DNA from: Alphaproteobacteria bacterium
GTDB taxonomy: Bacteria; Pseudomonadota; Alphaproteobacteria; Puniceispirillales; UBA1172
Assembly: GCA_016778985.1 (NCBI GenBank)
Contig: JADHOM010000001.1
Coordinates: forward strand, 173,613-237,612
Direction: 5' to 3'
Length of the DNA stretch: 64,000 nt
Positions 58,243 to 64,000 of this stretch are shown here, piece by piece. The notes under the pieces were generated by a model. That model made no database searches and was not told the DNA's origin. It saw only the letters and a program-made list of their open reading frames with translations. The translations under genes were made by a program, and so were the position numbers. Position 1 is the stretch's first letter. Every line of letters begins with the position of its first letter.

Positions 58243-59148
58243 TTAGTGGCTCCAGAAATAGACTTCTGCTGGTTCAGGTTCCCACACTTTGGCTGCCTCA
58301 ATCGCTGGCAAATTGACCAATGCCCGATATTCAGACCCAAAGGCAACATAGGCATCGGTTTCTGCCATGACAGCAGGTTTGCAAGCAATCGGGTCACGCA
58401 AGACGCCAAACCCGGTTTTTGTTCCAACAACAAAGGTGAAAAACCCATCCAGATCATTGAGACCAGACGTTAATGCCTCACCTAGGGTTTGCCCTTCGCT
58501 CATCCGTGCGGTTAAATAGGCGGCAGCGACTTCGCTATCGTTTTCGGTCTGAATATCAATGCCCTCAGCGCGCAGATGGCGGCGCATCATATTATGATTT
58601 GATAATGACCCATTATGGACAAGGCACTGATCTTGGCCGGTGGAAAATGGATGCGCGCCGAGCGTTGTAATCGCCGACTCGGTTGCCATTCTTGTATGCC
58701 CAATCCCATGACTGCCAGAGGCGTCGGTCAGGCCAAATCGCTGTACCACATCTTTGGGCAGGCCGACTTCTTTATAAATCTCAATAGATTGGCCTTGGCT
58801 CATAATACGGATAGTGGGAAACTGGCTCTTTATAATGCTAAGGATTATATCCTTATCCGTCTCCATCACCTGTATGACAGCATGAGTATCGCGAGCGGTG
58901 ATACTAAAAGCCTTGCTATTGAGATTAGCATGATCATGGAGATGTTGCTCAAGGGCGGGAAAATCAACATCGGGCTGCCCCGACTGAATGGTCAGTTTCC
59001 ACATGCCTTTAGACTCATCCCCATAGATGGCAATTCCGGCGCTATCCGGCCCCCGATCAGTCATCGTTATTAACATTGCACTTAGCATTTCACCAAGCTC
59101 AGGTTTTAATGCTTCATCCTTTAAGAAAAGTCCAACAATGCCACACAT
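58243..59148 (-). CDS. Class-II (Ntn) glutamine amidotransferase-domain protein (GlxB / MgsA-like)
   Basis: The preferred start at 59148 gives MCGIVG..., with the catalytic Cys directly after Met. AGGA lies 8 nt upstream. Confidence 0.8.
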   Translation of the reverse strand: MCGIVGLFLKDEALKPELGEMLSAMLITMTDRGPDSAGIAIYGDESKGMWKLTIQSGQPDVDFPALEQHLHDHANLNSKAFSITARDTHAVIQVMETDKDIILSIIKSQFPTIRIMSQGQSIEIYKEVGLPKDVVQRFGLTDASGSHGIGHTRMATESAITTLGAHPFSTGQDQCLVHNGSLSNHNMMRRHLRAEGIDIQTENDSEVAAAYLTARMSEGQTLGEALTSGLNDLDGFFTFVVGTKTGFGVLRDPIACKPAVMAETDAYVAFGSEYRALVNLPAIEAAKVWEPEPAEVYFWSH

Positions 59149-59303
59149 GTATTTGTCCTGTATGTATTCACTAATTTGCATCTGCCACATTTGCTAACAT
59201 GGCTGGATGGATAAATTGATATGATTTCCAATACCGATTTTGACGACTCATCTTGATCAGTAATATAGATTATAGCTTCGCCTAGTTTATATCATCAGAT
59301 ATA

Positions 59304-59337
59304 AATTTTTCGACAAAAAATGACATTTTCGATATTT
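59304..59337. promoter_or_regulatory. Paired motif AATTTTTCGACAAAA-N4-ACATTTTCGATATTT upstream of the glxB/mgsA-like operon
   Basis: Read directly. The TCG cores are 19 bp apart. It lies 156-189 bp upstream of the ATG at 59148. Confidence 0.35.
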
Positions 59338-59340
59338 CTG

Positions 59341-60954
59341 TTACTGGCATAACCAATCATCATTTTCACAAATATGAATAAGCGTGGGTCTGTCTGCTGC
59401 TAATGCCGCTTTCAGGCCAGTGGTAAATTGATCCGCGTCTTTGGGCGCGATAAAATGACAATGACATGCCTTTGCCAGCAATTCAAAATCAGGGTTTATC
59501 CCTTCAACCCCAATCCGTGAAATTTGCCGTGCATCCATATCATCTCTGATCTGCTTATAGCCGCCATTATCCCAAATAATCATCGGGATCGGCATGTGAT
59601 GCTCGGCGGCAACCAGTAATTCGGGCATGGTGAACATAAATCCGCCATCACCTGCGATGGCGATAACATCATGATCTGGCTTTGCCATTTTAGCGCCAAT
59701 CGCATTTGGCAAGGCATTGCCAAGCGCACAATAGCCGGCCGGGAAAAACCATGATCTTGGGGCGCGTGACGGGATGGCAAATGTTCCCGTATAGGCAATC
59801 TGGCAAGCATCATTTGACATAATGGTGTGATCAGACAAACACGCCCGCATCAATGTCAGCAAACGGGCATGTTGTTTTTCAGAGGCATTTAGCTTTGCTG
59901 TTATCGCGGCTTTGGTTGAGGCAATGATGGTTTTATTCTGTGTGCTGATCTGCTCACTATGTCCGGCAATAGCATCTTTGAGCGCGCGCATAGCAATAGC
60001 GGCATCAGAGACAATGCCGATATCGGCAGGAAACTGATCACTGATCTTTAATGGATCAATATCAACGCGAATGATTTGACCCGGAATATGGAGCGGCCCC
60101 GCAAAACTATCGGTTTCTGCAAGTTCGGTTCCGACCGCCAGCACAACATCGGCTTTGGCGATAATATCATGACCATCAGCCGTCACCACCCCCGCCGATA
60201 ATGATAGCGGATGATCATCGGCAACAATGCCCTTGCCGGCGGTTGATGTCGTCACAATCGCGCCCAGTGTTTCCACAATAGCGCGAATATCAGCAGCCGC
60301 ATCTGCGGCACCACCGCCAACCATGATGAGCGGGTTTTTGGCATCAGTTAGCAGCTTTGCGGCTTGCCTGATCATATCAGGCTGGCAAGCTGGACGTGGC
60401 GGTAGCGCAATAGGCTCCCACAACTCATCAACTGGCATGGCCTGAACATCAATAGGGATGGAAATATGACATGGCCGCGGCCGTTCACTGGCAAAATGGG
60501 AAAATGCTCTAGCCATTAAATCAGGAATATCGGATGGCCGCATCGCTGTTGCCGAAAATGCGGTTATTGGTTCTGTTACTTTTTTCTGTTCAGTAATTTC
60601 ATGCAAGACGCCCCAACCTTTGCCGAGAGTATCTGATGGGGGTTCTGCCGAGATCAGCAACATTGGCAAGCTTTCGGCATAGCATTGTGCTAGGGCAGTC
60701 GTGGCATTAGTCACGCCAGGGCCAGAGATGACAATAGCCACCCCAACCTCACCAGTAGCGCGCGCCCAGCCTTCAGCCATAAAGCCTGCTCCAAGTTCAT
60801 GCCGTGCCTGAATATGCTGAACAGCACCAGCGTTGCCGCCGCCGGTTAAACCTCTGCACATATCCAATGTATGAACACCGGGGATACCAAAGACATGGGT
60901 AACCCCATAACGTGACAACAACCGTATCGTGGCTTCTCCGCATGTCATAGTCAT
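59341..60954 (-). CDS. Thiamine-diphosphate-dependent enzyme (acetolactate synthase / 2-oxoacid decarboxylase superfamily)
   Basis: The preferred start is ATG at 60954 (MTMTCGEATIRLLSRYGVTHVFGIPGVHT), preceded by AAGGA. The ThDP motif GDGGFMF...NN/DNGGY is present. The N-terminus resembles remembered 5-guanidino-2-oxopentanoate decarboxylase-like proteins. Confidence 0.85.
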   Translation of the reverse strand: MTMTCGEATIRLLSRYGVTHVFGIPGVHTLDMCRGLTGGGNAGAVQHIQARHELGAGFMAEGWARATGEVGVAIVISGPGVTNATTALAQCYAESLPMLLISAEPPSDTLGKGWGVLHEITEQKKVTEPITAFSATAMRPSDIPDLMARAFSHFASERPRPCHISIPIDVQAMPVDELWEPIALPPRPACQPDMIRQAAKLLTDAKNPLIMVGGGAADAAADIRAIVETLGAIVTTSTAGKGIVADDHPLSLSAGVVTADGHDIIAKADVVLAVGTELAETDSFAGPLHIPGQIIRVDIDPLKISDQFPADIGIVSDAAIAMRALKDAIAGHSEQISTQNKTIIASTKAAITAKLNASEKQHARLLTLMRACLSDHTIMSNDACQIAYTGTFAIPSRAPRSWFFPAGYCALGNALPNAIGAKMAKPDHDVIAIAGDGGFMFTMPELLVAAEHHMPIPMIIWDNGGYKQIRDDMDARQISRIGVEGINPDFELLAKACHCHFIAPKDADQFTTGLKAALAADRPTLIHICENDDWLCQ

Positions 60955-61065
60955 AATATTCATCCTTATATGTATAGTATTATATTCATATGGCATACTT
61001 AGCGCATATGGATGTAATGATGTTACGTTGAAGCAATCGGTTTGACCATAATAATTATGCTTTAA

Positions 61066-61102
61066 TGATCATGAATGAACATCTCATATTGATCATGAAT
61101 GA
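61066..61102. repeat. Two perfect 13-bp direct repeats TGATCATGAATGA (61066-61078 and 61090-61102)
   Basis: Read directly. The second copy covers the stop codon of the DMT gene. They lie in the spacer before the TPP-enzyme gene. Confidence 0.6.
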
Positions 61103-62034
61103 TCGGGGCTGTTCTGATCAGATGAGGTTGCTAGCCAGATGGCAAATATCATGAGCGACAATACAATCAGCATCCACCAAGGATGAGTTTCACCAAAAAA
61201 CACCATGCCAAAGCCAACACCTGCAATCAGCGAGATGAAGCCAGCCAGGCTGACAAAAATCGGGCCGCCTTTATCAATGAGATAGAAATACAGATAAATA
61301 GAAATAGCACTCAAGATAACATATCCCATCATCACCAACCATAAACCGGTTTCTATAATTGGCGTTGGGTCAAACCCATAAATCAGGAAAGTGATCGGCA
61401 TGATGGTGAAAAAACCAACCATGGCCTCACCGCTTGCTAATTGCCAGCCATCCTCGCCTGTCGGCCAGAACTTTGAAATTACATTGTGGTAGATGCCATA
61501 GCATAGCGGCACCAGACAAGCGATGATCAGCCCTATCACAGCCATTTCAGGAACAGGGATAGACAGGTTTTCGCCCAGTAAAATTGGCATCATGGCTATA
61601 CTGGCAAGGATAATACCTATGACTTTACGGCGGCTAAGCACGTCGGTTTTCATCAGAAAAGCAAAAATCATAGTAACGATGGGCGAAATTGAAACAACAA
61701 TGGTGAGTAGCCCGGCACCAATCAAGGGCGCAGAATAAAGCTCTAATACGGCGGGAATCATATATCCCAAAATACCGGCGACCAGATAAAAGATTAAGCT
61801 GGCTGGCCTAAACAAACGCGGATACCGCCCGCGTATCATGCAGATCATGCCAAAGATCGGAATTTCAGCAAGCAAAGCAAAACTTAGGATCACCATAGGC
61901 TCAATCCCGGTTTCACCAGCAATCCGCGATAAAGAGAAAAATAGACCCCATGTCAGGCCAAGCACAATTAGTCCAAGAATGGCATAATTAGAGATTTGTT
62001 TTGGCACCATCGCCGTTTGATCAGGCTGTTCCAT
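61093..62034 (-). CDS. DMT (EamA-like) family transporter
   Basis: About 10 TM segments with two EamA-like halves. The start is ambiguous: TTG at 62046, ATG at 62034 or ATG at 62010. Confidence 0.78.
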   Translation of the reverse strand: MEQPDQTAMVPKQISNYAILGLIVLGLTWGLFFSLSRIAGETGIEPMVILSFALLAEIPIFGMICMIRGRYPRLFRPASLIFYLVAGILGYMIPAVLELYSAPLIGAGLLTIVVSISPIVTMIFAFLMKTDVLSRRKVIGIILASIAMMPILLGENLSIPVPEMAVIGLIIACLVPLCYGIYHNVISKFWPTGEDGWQLASGEAMVGFFTIMPITFLIYGFDPTPIIETGLWLVMMGYVILSAISIYLYFYLIDKGGPIFVSLAGFISLIAGVGFGMVFFGETHPWWMLIVLSLMIFAIWLATSSDQNSPDHS

Positions 62035-62046
62035 AAGCGCGATCAA

Positions 62047-63273
62047 TCACAGAATATCATCAAGCGCGGCGATAGCCTGATTGATCTCATCAGGGCTTGT
62101 ATAATGAACAAAAGACAGCCGGACAGCGCCATCTTCTGGGGATATCCCCATTGTCTCCAATAAACGCACAGCATAAAAATCACCTACTCCAGCCATAATT
62201 TTGCGGTCAGCTAGTTGCCGTCCGATCTCTTGTGAGCTTAGCCGTGATGAAACAAAGCTAACGGTTGGTGCCCGCCTAGTTGGATCATTTGGGCCGAGCA
62301 AACGCAGATCATTGCGGTTGCTCAGATAATCCAGAAGCATCTTAAGATTGCTGCGTTCAGCCATATGGAAAAGGCTTTCGAGGCGCCGTGGCCGCATCGC
62401 ATCATCGCTGCCGCCATGATGCTTATCCAGCGCATCAAAATAATCTAGCATACCGTTCATAGCGGCTATCTGAACATGATCAGGGCCTGCCGGGATCATC
62501 CATTTTGATGGCACATCACGATTAAAATAATGACTTTGCGGCTCAAGCACAGAAGTGGCAGATTTGCGCACCACCATCACCCCCTGATGTGGGCCATAAG
62601 TTTTATAGCTGGAAAACAGATAGATATCTGCCCCCAGCGCATCAACATCTGGCAGGCCATGGGGGCAATAGGACACCCCATCAACAAGCAAGATAGCATT
62701 GGCAGCATGAACAATATCTGCAATCTCTCGCACTGGATTAATATCAGCCACGAGGTTCGAGCAATGGGTCATAGCAACCATAGTAATGCGGTCATCTAAT
62801 AATTGCGTCAGATCATCCAAATCAAGTTCACCAGTATCGGCATTAACTTCCCAGATAAGAACCCGCATCCCACTTGCCTCAAGTCGTCGCCAAACACCGG
62901 CATTAGCCTCATGCTCTTGTCCTGATACGATAATGCCGTCACCTGCGGTCATGCGCGCCAATAATGCCTGTGCCAGTACATAAGTATTTTGTGATGTTGA
63001 TGGGCCAAACATAACTTCATCAGCGCCAACATTAAGATAGCGCGCCATGCGTTCATGAGCTTGATCCATTTCCATGCCAAGATCAGCCGATGCCTTAAAG
63101 GCATAATAGGGCTGTAACTTGCGCTGGTGAAAAATCGTTGTGAAGCGATCAATGACCTGCCGGCACATATATGAGCCGCCGGCATTTTCAAAAAAAGCCT
63201 GCCCATCTAAGCTTGCTTCTGAAAAAGCAGGAAATTGTTGCCTGACAAAATTAAGGTCTAAGGTCGTTGTCAT
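62047..63273 (-). CDS. Class-V aminotransferase-fold PLP enzyme (cysteine-desulfurase-like family)
   Basis: The N-terminus (VRQQFPAF...FFENAGGSYMCRQV) and the PLP-Lys region (FSSYKTYGPHQG) are present. Size is 408 aa. Confidence 0.85.
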   Translation of the reverse strand: MTTTLDLNFVRQQFPAFSEASLDGQAFFENAGGSYMCRQVIDRFTTIFHQRKLQPYYAFKASADLGMEMDQAHERMARYLNVGADEVMFGPSTSQNTYVLAQALLARMTAGDGIIVSGQEHEANAGVWRRLEASGMRVLIWEVNADTGELDLDDLTQLLDDRITMVAMTHCSNLVADINPVREIADIVHAANAILLVDGVSYCPHGLPDVDALGADIYLFSSYKTYGPHQGVMVVRKSATSVLEPQSHYFNRDVPSKWMIPAGPDHVQIAAMNGMLDYFDALDKHHGGSDDAMRPRRLESLFHMAERSNLKMLLDYLSNRNDLRLLGPNDPTRRAPTVSFVSSRLSSQEIGRQLADRKIMAGVGDFYAVRLLETMGISPEDGAVRLSFVHYTSPDEINQAIAALDDIL

Positions 63274-63294
63274 GCTCCACCTCTTAAGATTATT

Positions 63295-64000
63295 TTAATA
63301 TCTGATCAGATACCATAATCGACCGATTAGCTCGCGTATAGCAAATGATGTTTGATTTAATCCTGATGCCTGCGGAATAAACTTCATGACAGAAAAAGAC
63401 CCATCACTAGCTCTGAAATCAACAGCATGGGGGATAACGTTAAAGCCATTACCTTCAAAGATTTGTCGGGCACGAGGCATATGAAAGGCTGATGTAATAA
63501 GAATAATAGTCGGCTCAGACGGCGCTAGCATAGTTTTAATCGCCGCCGCTTCTTCGGCAGTGTTCGCAACAATATCGGTTAGGTGAATACGGCTAGTTGG
63601 GATACCGGCCTGTTTCGCGGTATCGGCCAGAATATCCCCCTCTGGAACGCCTTTCTGCCAAGGTAAAATCCCACGAGTAAGAATAAGAACAGGAGCCTTA
63701 TCGGCTTTCATGGTATCAATGCCAGCAAATATCCGATCGACAGCATCATTCCATTCCATGACCATACCGTCTTCGGTTGGGATGCGCCGCATCATGCCAC
63801 TCAAGACAACAACAGCATCAGCTTTGGGTAAAGTGTCGAGGGACTGAAAATGCTGATCTTTTTCCAAATATTGCAATAAGTTGTTGCCTGTGATCGGCAT
63901 GGCAGCAATATATATAATAGCCGCTGCCATGATTCCATAGCGCCGCCGCCGTGTTAGAATGAAAAAGATGAGGAGAGCAAGGCTGATAAATAACGGGCTA
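63295..64000 (-). CDS. DUF218 (YdcF/ElyC-like) domain membrane protein, 5' end beyond the window
   Basis: The frame stays open to the right edge (..SPLFISLALLIFFILTRRRRYGIMAAAIIYIAA..). DUF218 blocks are present (AVVVLSG, ILITSAFHMPRA). Confidence 0.7.
   Translation of the reverse strand, partial: SPLFISLALLIFFILTRRRRYGIMAAAIIYIAAMPITGNNLLQYLEKDQHFQSLDTLPKADAVVVLSGMMRRIPTEDGMVMEWNDAVDRIFAGIDTMKADKAPVLILTRGILPWQKGVPEGDILADTAKQAGIPTSRIHLTDIVANTAEEAAAIKTMLAPSEPTIILITSAFHMPRARQIFEGNGFNVIPHAVDFRASDGSFSVMKFIPQASGLNQTSFAIRELIGRLWYLIRY

Noticed and set aside
54831-59148. Calling a complete N-methylglutamate methylamine pathway.
   Set aside because: Only the ligase and the three synthase-type genes are present. 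No sarcosine-oxidase-like four-subunit dehydrogenase genes are in the window, so the pathway call stays partial.

Overview
This is a 64-kb chromosomal segment that looks alphaproteobacterial. The pointers are gyrB, a tandem RegB/RegA (ActS/ActR)-type two-component pair, argD-argF-hslO synteny, and about 50% GC in core genes from hand-counted lines. I recognised no rRNA, tRNA, CRISPR array, transposase, integrase, phage gene or known defence system.

Layout:
- 1-21 kb is mostly housekeeping: gyrB (5' partial), regB/regA, metZ, acs, recX, a dCTP-deaminase-like gene, argD, argF, hslO, trkH and folE.
- An insert at about 5.6-10 kb interrupts this block. It encodes a lipidated S8 subtilase, a TPR + beta-barrel outer-membrane protein (possibly Slam-like) and an atypical LuxR-type receiver protein. 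Its right-hand part (about 7.9-10 kb) is visibly AT-richer, about 35-40% GC in sampled lines.
- 21-64 kb is a dense accessory block devoted to C-N compound catabolism. It contains:
  - hyuBA (ATP-dependent hydantoinase/lactamase);
  - an unknown polytopic membrane protein plus a Tat-signal Liv-type ABC importer;
  - marR;
  - a molybdenum hydroxylase (FAD subunit plus a fused FeS-Moco subunit) translationally coupled to a Cys-rich protein resembling 6-hydroxynicotinate reductase, a UPF0280-like protein and a DUF1185 (AA_synth)-like protein;
  - fpr, mocA-like and xdhC maturation genes;
  - an amidase, second AA_synth paralog, alpha/beta hydrolase, RidA and ALDH group;
  - a gamma-butyrobetaine/carnitine-type set (ADP-forming acyl-CoA synthetase, ACAD, BKACE, GlxA/CdhR-type AraC regulator, carnitine-dehydrogenase-like and CaiD-like genes);
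  - a glxBCD/glnT (mgsABC-gmaS-like) set apparently co-transcribed with the last two carnitine-type genes;
  - a TPP enzyme, DMT transporter, class-V aminotransferase and DUF218 string running off the right edge.

Best candidates for something undescribed:
1. The hydroxylase / HNR-like / UPF0280 / AA_synth module with the nearby HyuAB pair.
2. The fusion of N-methylglutamate-type genes into a carnitine-type operon that has no mgdABCD in view.
3. The lipoprotein-subtilase / TPR-barrel pair.
4. Recurrent promoter motifs: TTTTTCG[AC]CA..TTTTCGATA, and 15-bp-period repeats.

All family assignments come from motif reading and memory. No searches were run.
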